Assembly: GCF_009914755.1 (NCBI RefSeq)
Contig: NC_060936.1
From: the human T2T-CHM13v2.0 reference genome, Homo sapiens
Length of the DNA stretch: 64,000 nucleotides
Strand: one strand, 5' to 3'
Shown here: positions 46,752-61,211 of the stretch, piece after piece
Numbering within the stretch: the stretch's first letter is position 1
How the letters are laid out: each line of letters starts with the position of its first letter
Program-made: the position numbers and the translations under genes
The notes under the pieces: model-generated
Databases searched by the model: none
Told to the model about the DNA's origin: nothing
What the model saw: the letters and a program-made list of their open reading frames with translations, nothing else

Positions 46752-46867
46752 TAGTACTGGATCTATTGACTAAATGAGAATTAGTTGGCTCTCTCTGTCC
46801 TGACATTCTGTCCTAGCTCATACTTCCTCAACATGCCTTCAGGATAAAATGTCAGCTATATAGTTAA

Positions 46868-47176
<309 letters not shown>

Positions 47177-47589
47177 TATAGTTAAGCTTTCTTCGTTTAT
47201 GTCTGAGCAGGAAAAATAAGTTAATCAATAAATATTATATGCAGATACATGCAAGTACACACATAAACCCATATATACAGAATATTACTTAGTGATCTGA
47301 CCTAAGTATTTTTATATTGGCTTATGTGTTTACTAATTACATTTTCTCATGGGTTCACTTATAATTGATTTATCTGTAAATACTTGCCTAATAATGTCAG
47401 GTTATAAATGAGTAACAGTACAATCATTAAATAATCATTTTAAGACTTATAACATTGCTTTGGGGTTAGTGGATATTTTCTAAAGCAGACTTCTGTGCTA
47501 TTTGTCTCTGCATTATTCTGTTCAGCATTTTACAGAATCATTACAGTCTCATTCATTTTATGGCAACAGAGGTAAGAACTGAGTACTCT

Positions 47590-47953
<364 letters not shown>

Positions 47954-48305
47954 CTATATCACATTTCAATAAATATTTATACGTAATTAGTCTTTGGTAC
48001 TTAAAGTCCTTCAGAATTCAATAGGTTGTGTCCCTCCCTAACTACCTCCCACAGTTGCAACACAGGGCTTTCTCTCTTCTTGATGTAAGGTCCCAGAGAA
48101 GCTGCTCTCACACACGCACAGCACGCTAAATATTGCCCCCATCTCTGTGCATATTTTCCCTATGATGAAAATGCTTTTCTCGGTTTATCTAAATCTTATC
48201 AATCCATAAGATTCATCTAAAATGCAAGCCCCACCACAAAGCCTTATACAGTAACTCCAGCTAATATTAACCTATTTCACCTATTTCCTTTCTAGCCATC
48301 TGTAG

Positions 48306-48770
48306 CAGCAGTCCCCAACCTTTTTGGCACCAGGGATCAGTTTTGTGGAAAGCAATTTTTCCATGGACTGGGGCGTGGGGGGGAATGGTTTTGGGATGAA
48401 TCAACCACATTATATTTATTGCGCACATTATTTCTACTATTATTACGTACTCACCATAATATAGAATCAGTGGGAGCCCTGAGCTTGTTTTACTGCAACT
48501 AGGCGGTCCCATCTGGGGGTGAACAGGAGACAGTAACAGATCATCATGCATTAGATTCTCATAAGGAGGACGTTACCTAGATCCCTCACAAATACAGTTC
48601 ACGACAAGGTTCACACTCTTATGAGAATCTAATAGCGCCACTGATCTAAGAGGAGGCAGAGCTCAGGTGGTCATGCTTGCTTGCCTGCCACTCACCTCCT
48701 GCTGTGTGGCCCCGTTCCTAACAGGCCACAGACTGGTACCTGTCTGGAGCCCGGGGGTTGGGGACCCCTG
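48306..48770 (+). mobile_element. MER1A hAT-Charlie non-autonomous DNA transposon
   Basis: TIRs cagcagtccccaacc / ggttggggacccctg; imperfect 8-bp TSD atctgtag/atctacag. Confidence 0.88.
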
Positions 48771-48819
48771 ATCTACAGCACTTGTTGACTATCACAGCCA
48801 CTCATTTACTTACTCTCTC

Positions 48820-49700
48820 ACTCAATGAATCAAAACAATTTACTATATCAAACACAGCACTATGCACTGGGTGACATTCATGAGTAAAACCTAACTCCTG
48901 CCTTTATGAAGTTTGGAGTCTGGTGGAGGAGACAAGTCAACACAGGCCATGTGAATTTGGTGATATATGTTCTATGATCACAGCAGGCGTGGTGTGCCAT
49001 GGGCACACACAGGAGGGACATCCACCCAGGCTTGGTCTACAGGAATGCTAAGGAGCTGAGGCTATGGAGTCTGAGTGTCTGGGGTATCTGAGTTGTACAC
49101 AGGGTGGGAGGACCAAGAGTTCTATTATGGATAATGTTAAGTGTGAGATGCCTAAAAAGACATTCAAATGCAGATCCTGAGCAAGCAGTTGGAGGAACAA
49201 GCCTGGTGTGCAGAAGACAGGCCCACGCTGAAGATGTGCATTTGGAATTTATCATGGTACAGCTGGTGTTTAAAGTCATGTGACTAAGTGACATTCAGGG
49301 AGTGAGCGTCGATTAAGAAGACCAGAGATCCATGGAATGGTTCTGACTAGAAGACCTCTAACAGAAGCCAGAGAAAGAAATAGGAGCCAGTGAAGCAGAG
49401 CGAAAGATCAGGAGATTGCGCTGGGCAAAAACTAAGTGAAGAAATATTTCACAGAAAGGAGAGTGGCCAATTGTGTCAAATGTTAGTGACAGGACAAAAG
49501 ATGCGGAATGGGGGCAACCTTTAGATTGGTCAAAGAGGCAGTGACTGGTGGCCTCACCAAGAGTGGTTTAGGTGGAACGGTGAAAATGAAAGCCTGGCAG
49601 AAATGGGTTAGAGAGAGAATAGAAAGAGAGGAATTGGAGATAGCAATTATATACAATCTTTTGAGCACTTTTGCTATAAAAGACAGCAAGTTATGAGCCA
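48820..49700 (-). mobile_element. L2 LINE fragments
   Basis: gttaagtgtgagatgcctaaaaagacattcaaatgcagat...gagcaagcagttgga and gagaggaattggagatagcaa. Confidence 0.65.
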
Positions 49701-52700
49701 GTGGGCTAGAGGTTTTTTTAAAGAAGCAGATTTGCATGCACGAATGCTGAGCAAATGATCAAACGAGGGAGAACAGAGGGAAAGTGGTATCTCTCTGTTC
49801 CTCTTGCTCCCTCTGGCGCCCTCTCTCTCTCTCTTGCTCTGCCATACTCACTTTCCTAAGCACACTCCTAACCTAAGATCCCAGAGCACCTCAGATACGC
49901 ATTTTTCCTAGGACTTGATGCAATGTGGTTGTTTTTGTGTCTCCCTCCTGTAATAAAGGTATACTCCATGGGGGTAGAGATGATGCCTCCTTTCCGTATC
50001 CCGTGCATTCCCTACCCACCCCACAACTGCATCTATAAAGCACATGCCCCAAAAGGAATCATGTGGTCTCAAGGAGGGAGACATTCCTGCTAGCATGTAA
50101 GCTCACAGAGGAAAGGGATTTGGGTGTGTCTGCTCACTACTTTATCCCCAGCACTGAGAGCAGCAGGATTTTCACATACCTGGGCAAGTAGGATAAGTCT
50201 ATTTTCTGTGATTTAATATGATAATCTCTTCATGTTTACAAAAGTTTTTTTTCAACTAAGTTCACATATTAGAAAGGTCCTACATTATCAAAGTCTGTCT
50301 ATAAGGTGAATATAATATCTATTTTCATAATGGCTGTTGAATTAAACACACTTCAACATTAATTACATTCACTCCTGCTAACAAATCAGAAGTGTTGATC
50401 ATTGTCCCTGAGGACCAAAAAACAGCTATGTGCATTATTTCATCTGTTGCGTTCTGCAGAATGGTTCTGTCCACTGTGTTGTACTATATCCTTGCATAAA
50501 CTCCTTCCTGAATTAAATGCCAGTAAAAAGTTGGTCATTAATGAATACTATAGGTATCAATTATACTCTTGGTTACCAAGAAGCTCAGAGCTACCACTGA
50601 TAAACTGTAAGAATGTTAGCCAAGGCCTCGGGTATACTTAGATCCTCTTTCCTTCTCATGGCTTTTGATCTTGTATTCTAACAAGCTAATTATACACATG
50701 CATTTCTCATTCAACCTCAAATTCTGTTTATAATGATGATATATAAATAAATACATAAATATCTAGTAGCTGATTAGTTATTGTTACATTATTTAAAACA
50801 TAATTGAATCCAGTAAAAGAGCTATCACAGTCCAACTACTTTCTGGAGTTCATAAGTCTCTGAAAGTTTACTTTGCAAATGCAGCTCACTGACAGCCATC
50901 ATATTTTTATAGATGAGAAGGTTGAAGCCAGAGAAGTTAAGTGATGTAAATAGCTCACAGAGAAAACACAGGGTGCAGGGGTGGAATAATAGCTAAACTG
51001 TTTGCATAATATTCTTGGTACAACATTCTAGCCAACATATTACTGAGCTACAAGTGCCTCTGTGAGTTGAAAAACCCAGCTGTGTTTTCTACGTTCTGCA
51101 CTACAAGCAATAATAAAGATGAGGTAATTGTACGTTACTTAAAACCCTTCAAAGATATTAGAGATGGAAGTTATGTATCCAATTACAAACCATCCTTCTG
51201 CATCTACAAATAAAGTAAATGAAGCAATGCTGATTACTACATATTAGCATAAGAAAATGGAAGCTGCAAAGAGGTGAAGAGCATAAATCTCTAAGGAAAA
51301 CACTGTAAGTAGTCTGAGTGATAGATACATTTCATATGGTTTCAGTATAAATTAAACTTTAGCTATTTGGAGTAATTTACATGCATATCCCTTAAAATGA
51401 ATATAGCTCAAGCAATTGTAGTTAGTTATTAGAAACAGAATTTTTAAAGAAAAAAGTGGATTAATGAAGACTATCAGGAAATCCAAAAAATTTCTTTAGC
51501 ATGACATAAAAAATCCCTGTCCTTAAAATGCCATGGCTGTTCCTGCCATTCTCTTTCTCTATCTCTCTCTCTCTCTCTTTCTCTTTCTCTCTCTCTCCTG
51601 AAAGTTAAGAAAGAGTTATTGACTTTGATTAGGGATAAGCTAAAAATTCAAGGGTCTGAAATATACTAGGAAGTGCTATGCATTTTCCTTTTCCTGGAAA
51701 AACTAATCATAAAAGCCTTGCCTGATATCTCCAGCTATCCTATTAGACTTTGAATTCAGTGGATAGTAAAAGCAGGCAGAAGGAGGAGTCAAAGACACAG
51801 CAATGGCATTTTACATTGCTAGAATTCAGACTGATGCTCTAATAATTATGTCACTCAGAAATAAATACGTAACTAACAAACAAGGGATGTTAAGCAAACA
51901 AATAATTGCTTCCACTTCATGATCTTTATATCAAACTAATAATTAGTGAGTCCCATTTCAATCCATTTCCTAGATTGCATTTTTTATTGTACCCATTAAC
52001 CATCAATTTGAGAGGTCATTTAAATGGCCATAACCCAAAGATTCTTAGTTGCTCAGTGAAAGACATGTAAGTGCCTATTAGAGGATTTAAATCTATTCTA
52101 TAATACCCAGGCATTTTTTTCCCATTATACTTTTTCTTTGTGGAAAGTTTCTTTTGTAAAAATAAGGCCTCCTGGGTGCCCAGATTTTGTAGATCCACTA
52201 CTAATTTAGTAGCCAGGTCCGACATACATGACACAAAGAACAATTCCAGGATGATATATAGCACAACCTAGTGTAAAAGTAAGTATGTGGTTCTAGTTGG
52301 ACATAACAAATGTAAGAATTCAAAACAAAGAATAGTTGCTGGCTGTATTTTATCTAGGAAATGTGTTAGGTAGCTCTCAGTTTGGATCTTAAGGGTATGA
52401 AGGTAACACTAAGATGAATTGTAACAACAGGAGATATTCTATTAGTAAAAGAGAGAGATGGTATCATGAACAAAAATAAGAAAAGTGCCTAGCAAGAAAG
52501 AAGATATTATAGGGCCTGTTGATACAGAGTTTACTAACAATATTGGCAAAGAGTAATGTATAAAATTAAAAAGAAAGTTAAGAGCAGTTGAATAAGATTA
52601 TGGACTGCCAGAATGCTATTATAAGCATTGTAGGAGTCTATTAATCTTACATAGTGGATGTATTATCTAGAAATATTATCAGCATGCATGCATTTTTGCC

Positions 52701-53125
52701 AGAAGTTATTCCTTCAAACTCTTCTAGAGTGCCTGCTATATTCTAGGCACTGAACTACATATAGAAACAGAAAAAAAAAAAAAAAGATAATTGCATCTGT
52801 ACACAAGAAACGTAAGCTCCAGTGGCAGAAATTATCATTAACTTTTATCATGGTAATGATAGTAACAGAAAAATATCTTTATTCAGTTTTTTAAATTATA
52901 ATACTTAAACTATAAATTATCAAAGCTTTAGAATATATCATGTCCTAGTCAGTCATTCATTCATCCCTCAATTATTCACTCATTTGTGCAACATTTGTTA
53001 AGTGCCTACAGAGTCATTACAGTTATCAAAGATGTTTACACAATTCAAATTATTGTAGTTTATTTCATATAAAAACATATGTAGATACCATACAAGATCC
53101 CTACCAATATGACCAAAAGAAGTTT

Positions 53126-53173
53126 CTCTCCTTAAAATATTTTTGGCTCCTCTCCCTAAAATATTTTTGGCTC
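53126..53173. repeat. 24-bp tandem duplication (1 mismatch)
   Basis: ctctccYtaaaatatttttggctc x2. Confidence 0.9.
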
Positions 53174-53989
53174 TTTGCAGAAGTTGTTCTGCTTGCCTGG
53201 ACTGTCTTCCTCTATCCCTCTCTTTCAAGATTTAGTTCAAATGTCACCTCTTCCAAGAAGCTCTCTTGACTCCTAGGGGAAGTAGATCTTGTACATAACC
53301 TCCATGTTAAGACAAACACATTCAATTATAATGATTTATCTCTCTCGCTCTTCCTTTTATATACACTACATTGTGAGCTTCTTGATTGCATTTTTAGTCA
53401 TCTTTCCATCTTAGAAACTAGCACAATGCCTGACATAAGAGGTGTTCAATAAATGTTGTTGAAAGACTATCTTATAATAAATAAGCCTGAGGTGAACTGT
53501 AGGTGATTAGTGTAATAGTCAAGTACTAATAGCTGGCTGGGGGTAGGTTCAAGCTACCCAGGCCTTCTTTTGTTCCTTTAAATATGCCAAGTTCATTGCC
53601 ACTTTCAAGCCACTGGGATGTTCCCCTGCAAACCCCCCACCCCCATGGTATCCTGCTGGCTTTTGATTTTTGACTTAGATCTAGTCTAAATTGCTCCCCA
53701 GAAAACCCTCCAGATCAACCAATCTCTAATAGCCTCTAGTAACTGTCTTTCACCACGATCTATTCTTATTCACTGCGTAGCTTATATCACCATCTGGTAT
53801 CTTTCTGGTTCATTGTCTACTCTTCATTGCTCCCAGCCAGAATGCAAATTCCCTGAGAGCTGATCTGTTGCGGATCTTCTTTACCACTGCATTCCTAGTA
53901 TCTGGCACAGCGCTTGGCATCTAGTAAGCACTCAATGCATCTGTGAAACTCAATGAAAGAAAGAACAAGAAATGTAAATCCTTTCCTCC

Positions 53990-54325
53990 ACAGTGGTAAA
54001 CTGATGGATCGAGGGCTGCATTCAGCTTGCTGCTGAGTTTTCTTTGGCCTGTTCAGTGTTTGTAAAAATCTTGAATGATCTGCCAACTTTTAAAAGTTAG
54101 GAGATTCCACATTTTCACAAAATTTCAAAATATAGGCTTCTTTTGAAATATTGGAAGAAGTGGAAATCCAGGGCCTGCAAGCCCAACTGGCAAGTCAGCG
54201 GAAGTGAGTAATGGCTCCCTGCTTTGGAAGAGGAACGTCAGACTGTCCCAACCTCACCAGCCCCTAGATCACTCATTCACATACCCCATCTGGCCTTGAA
54301 GATGGCTAGATTTTGGCCCTAATCT
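53990..54325 (+). mobile_element. MER102-like hAT relic
   Basis: Starts cagtggtaaa; contains ttgaatgatctgccaacttttaaaagttaggagattccacat and ggcttcttttgaaatattggaaga. Confidence 0.55.
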
Positions 54326-54529
54326 CTTCTACTAAAACTTTCTCTGTGACCCATGCTCTACAGCACCCTCCTATAATTCCTGCAAATCCTGCCCTCATGG
54401 ATTGCTGTTACACTAAATTTTGGAATATGTCTTTACAGATGAAGCATCAGAACTTTTCTTCTTATTATTTTTGCATTATGACATGGAAAGATTATATAAT
54501 TAGATACAAAAACTGAATTCATTACACAC

Positions 54530-55230
54530 CAGAAGAAAATCTAGGTGAGTGTTTAAATGATCTCGAGGTGCTGAAAGAAAATTATTCTGAAAACATAAAA
54601 GCCAGTAAATCAGTAAGAAATAAATATAACTAATATGACTGACAAAGAGTTATTATCCCTAATTAAACTTCATTAAAATGAACCTTATAAAATAAGAGAT
54701 AAATACTTTCTAGTAATTCACAGAAGAAATACAAATGACCAAAGAACATATTAAAAGATAGTCCATTTTACCAGTAATCCAAAAGATATAAATCAAAATG
54801 TGATTCTCCTTTCATCTATCATATGTTAATTCACTCAGCAAACATTGTTGTTCCAAATACTATCAGTTTGGCCAATATTTTTTTAAATGGTCATAATTTT
54901 AGGATTCAGTAAGACAAGCACCATCATAAACTGTGGAAAACAATTTTACAATATGCATCAGGAACCATAAAATAGTTACTACCCTGTGACCCAGTAATTA
55001 AACTTCTTGGAATTTATCCTAGAGAAATAATCAGTGTGGCAGACAAAGATTAATGTATGAGGATGTTAATCATAGCGTAATTTATAATATCAAGTACATT
55101 AGAAACCTAAATGTCTAACAATAAGGAGTGATTACATGAATCATGGTACATTCAAATGAAGAACAATTATGTAGACATTAAAATTATGTTTTCAAAGACC
55201 ATTTAGTGATATGGGAAAAGCTCACGAAAA
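54530..55230 (+). mobile_element. Old L1M(E) ORF2 3' end relic
   Basis: aattcacagaagaaatacaaatgacc, tgacccagtaattaaacttcttggaatttatcctagagaaat and aaacctaaatgtctaacaataagg. Confidence 0.7.
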
Positions 55231-55460
55231 ATTTTCAAGCCTGCATTTTGAAAAGAATTAAATATAACCAATCAGAGTGACCCATTCTCTCTTGCCTTAT
55301 GATCCAGGAGTTATTTTTGCTTCCTACAGCTTGCTATCTAATACTTCTCCCCAACCTGAAAAGCATATAACATTTCTCCATATGCTTCTTACTTCAGGTA
55401 GGCATTAAATGCAGGGTCTCAGACAGAGGAACAGAAATTGCTTCAGGAGAGAATGAAACA

Positions 55461-55505
55461 ACATGGTTTAATATATATTGGACATGGTTTAATATATATT
55501 GGACA
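55461..55505. repeat. Perfect 21-bp tandem duplication
   Basis: acatggtttaatatatattgg x2, followed by aca. Confidence 0.93.
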
Positions 55506-57070
55506 CACACAAAGTACTGAACAGTGCTCTGGACTGTGTATAGTGACTGTCTCTACAGAAAGCAAGAAAAGAATATAAAAGACCAAGAGCAAAGCAGAGA
55601 GATGGGGCAGAGAGACATAAGGTAAACACGCAGAAGATAGAAAGTCAAAAAGTGCACATAGTTGGATTTTAAGGAAATTCTCTGCACAACACTATAGTAT
55701 TAGAAGTTAAGAAATTCCCTTTTTGAGGTACTTATAGTTTTATGTAGATCAGACAAGACACTTACAAGAAGCATTATTTGTTTCTTGTAACACCAACCAC
55801 AGGAAAGGCCAAAAGAGATGTCATGGCAGAAAAAGCAGAACTACCTTACTACCATGAAAAGAACAACAACAAAAATTGAAAGTCTGAGAGCACCAGAATA
55901 AACTGTCTGCACAAAAGATGATTATAGTAAAACAAAGAGGAAGTTGCATCTTGGTTTTGGAATTACTAAACTGTACAAAGCCAGAAACCAATTTGCACAG
56001 TCATTTGCCTGCAGGAGCCCAGTGACTGCATATCCACAATGAAAACAGTGGAAACTGGACTCTACCAAATTCCTATAGCACAGCCACATGGCCACTTCTG
56101 AAGCAGTGCTTACAAGCAACCACTCCTTGTGAGTTTGTGGAGGACAATAGATTCATGAGGAACTTGGAAACAATCTTAGGGATTGGCCTGCTAAGAAACC
56201 AAATATGACATCCTAGCCTAGAGAAAGCCAAGGAGTCACCTGCAGAAAGATCAGCAGAGCACAATGGTCTCTCTTCTGTGAGTGAAAGCTCATAATTTTT
56301 CATGAAAAACTGGTGACGGGGTTACCCCATAAAGAATACATTTATATGGTGGCAAGGAAATGACTCCTTGTGTCACTATAATAGAATAAGCGGACAATTG
56401 CTTAACTCTACACTGTCAGTTACATACAACTGGCCCACTTTTCTTCCATACCTATGCCCTCTTTGGGTTCTAAGAGGGACTCATGAGGACTCTTATTTAA
56501 TATTTAATCTCTTACAGTGTAATCATGAGGCTTAAAGTATTCAGCAATTCAGAATCTCCTTTTCTCTTTACTTTCTTTTGTTTTGATGTTTGTTCTCTCT
56601 CTTCTCGAGTCTGCCTTTGTTTCTCTACTTCTATATTGGACCTTCGTTGCTCTACAAATCATTGCTTTTCCAACATTTTGCTTCTGGGAAGTTTAAAAAA
56701 AAAAACAACTTCGATATATCCACCCCAATCATTTTCACATCATTGATATCATTGATTTATCTTCCTTTCAACAAGTTGTTTTAACGCCTTGTAACATTTT
56801 TTTTACTACTTCTAAATTTCCACTTTTTGGGCAATTCCACCATCATCTTTGCATATGTCTATTCTCCTCTTCAAGCGCTGTAATAAACTCAAATTCATTA
56901 AAATAATTGGCCTTTATGCCATCTTCATTTTGAATTTATTTCATATATAGGTTGCTTTATGTTTTCTATCATCTTTCCATCTCTGAGCACTGCTTGCATT
57001 CTTTACCCTCTTTGTCCATTCTTCTCAACATGTATCATCGTCTTTTTAAAAATTTGTATTCTGTACTCTG

Positions 57071-57389
57071 TTTTTTTTTGTTTTTTGTTTGTTTGTTTGT
57101 TCGTTTTGAGACAGAGTCTTGCTCTATCGCCCAGGATGGAGTGCAGTGGAGTGATCTAGGCTCACTGCAACCTCCACCTTCCAGGTTCAAGTGATTCTCG
57201 TGCCTCAGCCTCCTAAGCAGCTTGGATTACAGTCATGCACCACCACACCCAACTAATTTTTGTATTTTTAGTACAGATGAGGTTTCACCATGTTAGCCAG
57301 GCTGCTCTTGAACTCCTGACTTCAAGTGATCCACCCACCTCAGCCTCCCAAAGTCTTGGGATTACAGGCGTGAGCCATTGCACCTGGCC
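57071..57389 (-). mobile_element. Full-length AluSx/Sz-like
   Basis: Alu dimer with decayed TSD tgtattctgtact/tgtatcctctact. Confidence 0.92.
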
Positions 57390-58714
57390 TGTATCCTCTA
57401 CTTTTATGCTTAGTCTGCTTCAAACTGAAGTTACCTAACATAAGTCTTTTCTTTACCTTGATATTTTCACTGTTACCCCTAAGACACTGGTCATCTGAGA
57501 CTGCTTTATTAAATTTCTTAATGGATGTCAGGTGGTTCATTCATTGTCTGCTGGCCAATCTGTCACTCTGCTGGCTCCAGGGCAAGCTTAGCTCATCTGG
57601 TTGTTCATTCCCCACTCAACAGCTACACAGTCAGGTTTTACTCATGCAGCTGCTCACTCGTGCAAGAAGACAACCTCCCCCATACAAAGCAAGACTATCT
57701 TGCAGTCAAGAAAACAGAAGTGGTTCTACTTCCCTACTTTCTTCTTCTGAAACTTATTACTGCTCATTTTGACCTTGCCTTTTTGACCTTGCTTGTCTTC
57801 CTTGCCTTCTTCCCTCCACAGTGCTACAGCCTCTAAAGTAACTCCTTGACCCTGTACACATATGGGTCAGCATGTTTCTGTGTTCATTCTAGTAGCCAAT
57901 ATGATTTTAATTCTCAGCCTGGGATTTTTTCCTTTCTACTCACATTCAATCTCTAGCCATTCCTTTGCTAGCTTGACTCACTTTGTGTCACATGGCTTCT
58001 CTTTCTCTCTAAAACGACACCTTTTCCACATCCTAAATCTCCACTTTCTGCTTCCTTCCACTTGTCCATCATCCTGGCTTTCAGTTGCTCAGCAGCTAAA
58101 ATGCTCATCTGTCTAGCTATAAGTCATCTGCCCTTACCTCTTTCTGTTCTACATAGGTATTTTGATACATTATGAGAGACCTTAAAATATTTTCAATGAG
58201 CCAGATATATTATAAAACAATAGTGGTGTCTTTTGTTAGTATCTTTTAGAATCTGACTCCTTCCTGGAAGGTTTTGTAAAAATTATAGTCAAGTTCACAT
58301 ATATTAGACAGTTATACAAAGGGTAGAAAAGGGCATAAGAAATGTCTAAAGAGCAACCTTAAAAATAAATCTTCCGAGAATCTGACTTTATATCTATCAA
58401 TGTTTATTCAATCAACTGATAAAACGTACAGGGAAACAGAAGGGAATGATTGCCAATGGGAGAAAATGATGAGAAAGAAAGATAGAGCAAGTCTCTAAAG
58501 TTTGAACTTCATTTTGTAAAAACAAAGGAGCTATCATAGACAAAATCAAATTGGCAAATGCACATTTAAAATGTTTAACTTCTAAACAAATTTGCATTCA
58601 AAGATGCCAATTTAAAGTTGATCTTCATGTTAATTGTATTAAATTTATGAATAGTACTCATCAGGCACCTGTTTAAGTTATAAAATGGAAACAGTTCCTT
58701 CAAAAGAATTTAAA

Positions 58715-59091
<377 letters not shown>

Positions 59092-59499
59092 CTACAATTC
59101 AAGGAGGCCAGAAACTACCTGCCGAATTTGTCCTGATTAGGACTGAATGCACCCCCTCACTTCACACTCTGTCTCCCCAGTAGCCTCTCTTCCCCTCTCC
59201 TTCAGGACCCTCATTTTTTGCCATGGTTTATCCATGGCTCAGGCTGACATGGGAATGTCTCCTCCCTTCTGGTCCAGTAGTTTTGGGTACCAAGCACTCT
59301 TTTCCTGAAGACTGTCCCTTAGCATACCTTGGGGTGCATAGTCAGGCATTCTGGGAGGCTGTTCCTCTCTTTAGCCCAAACCTAGGATGGTAAGTGCTGA
59401 ATAAATGAAGGGACCAGAACTTGAAAATATGACAAGCCATGGATACAAAACACGATTGATAGGATGAGCAAAATAATGTAAAGATATAAAATGTGACAC

Positions 59500-59622
59500 C
59501 TGATGGGCCAGAATATAGATATTGTGTCCAACATCTTTTGGAGAAACACCATCATCTCCACCCTCATCATCCCCATGGTCACATTCCAATCCTTGGTTAT
59601 AGGCATTCTTCATCACATCCAC
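59500..59622 (-). CDS. ITPR2: ITPR2 internal exon (123 nt, phase 0-0): [41 protein letters not shown]
   Basis: Acceptor is a T-tract then ggatag|GTG; donor CAG|gtgtca. Contains the IP3R motif [15 protein letters not shown]. Overlaps ORF 59371..59622. Confidence 0.96.
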
Positions 59623-61115
59623 CTATCCAAAAAAAAAAAGAATATTGAAATGCCAGAAACAACATCTGCTTTATATTTTTATGAGATTTAATTAAAAATT
59701 GGGCAGCTTCATAAGCCTCAAAAGTATAAAAGGACTCTAAATGAAAATGGCCTTGGAAACCATCCTTATTTCAATGAACATGGAAGTATCTTCCTACAAT
59801 ATTCCCCTTTTCCTTGGAAATTTTTGTTTGATATTTGAATGTTGATAGTGCCGAAGTTCCCATGAATTAGGAGAATCGAGAACCCCAATAAACATCCATT
59901 ATTTACTAAGTGCCCACTAAGTAACAGGCAGACATGGTGCTAGAAATTGCCCTGGGAAGTGAGGACCCCAACAGTGGATGGGAGAGAGTACCCTCATGGA
60001 ACTTACTCTCCAGTGGGAGAGTCAGCAAGCAAGGAGGCAAACACAGTGCGGTGCCATCGGTCCTAATCCAGGGCTATGTATGTTTCTGAGGAAGCGCAGA
60101 GCAGGGGCATATACTCAAGCAAGAGGTGGAGGGTGGGCCACAAGGAGGAAGGGGATGACAGAATAAAGGTGTTGTTCACAGAGGAACTAGTATTTTCAAA
60201 GGGCTATTGCACAGTGCCATTGTTGAATAAATATATGATTCACTGCCACATTTAACCATAGGATAGGAAATGTGTTGGTCCTTGTAACTCACTGTTTGCA
60301 GATAGACATTATGCTCTCATTAAATATATATTAAATCAAACTTCACTTTGTCTCTCTTTTTGTCTGCCCTCCTCAACTCCATTCTTTACTAATAAAGTGA
60401 GAGCAAAAGAATGTTGTGCCAGACTTTCGTAGGAGTTGCCCATAGCACCAACAATGGCCCTGATGTGAGTGGGGCTTAATCATCAGGGCACTGAGCTATA
60501 TTATGTGAGTACATTCTCAATGCTTTTGGAACCCAATGCTTTTAAAATACACCTGCATTATTTCATAATGTGCATGCCACGAGTGAGAAAGAAAAGATAA
60601 CTTCTACAATAGGAAGACACACTAATGATCTCTGTGGAATCTCTACTAGAGTATGCACAGTTTCCTTGAGGCCAAGCATTGTACAACATATCACTGAGAA
60701 GAACAGCTACAAAAAATATTAATTTTATTTTTATTTTTCAGAAATAAGTATAAATAAAATTTTTGAAGAGTACAAACATTTTTTTTACATCCCTTCCTCA
60801 TATGCTCCAATACACCATTAAACCAAAGCCAACTTTTTTCTGGCAATACACATTTGCATATAGTTTAGTATAGTGTGATAAGTTGGCTAAGAAAAGTGCT
60901 TAGAGTGGATAAAACTACTGAAGTCATAAGGCCCAAATCACACAGGCCTTTGTCACCACAGGGCCTTCTGAGGTATTGGTAATGGTAGGTCATGATGTTC
61001 CATTTGTCTTGGTAGAGCAATGAAAATCAATCAACTTTTTTTTCTGACATGCATTCTCTAAATTTTTTCCTTTTAGGCTACCCAATATTGACCAAGCTTT
61101 TAAAAGTTTTCTTAC

Positions 61116-61211
61116 CAGTTCTCTGGGTCTCATGTTAAAAAGAATTCTTTCTGCATTCTCACTGTCATGTCTGCTTTCCATAATGGCCAGCAAAAGTTTA
61201 GATGCATTGTT
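61116..61211 (-). CDS. ITPR2: ITPR2 internal exon (96 nt, phase 0-0): [32 protein letters not shown]
   Basis: Acceptor tctctag|AAC and donor CTG|gtaaga. The peptide carries the conserved IP3R motif [16 protein letters not shown]. It overlaps ORF 60990..61193. Confidence 0.96.
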
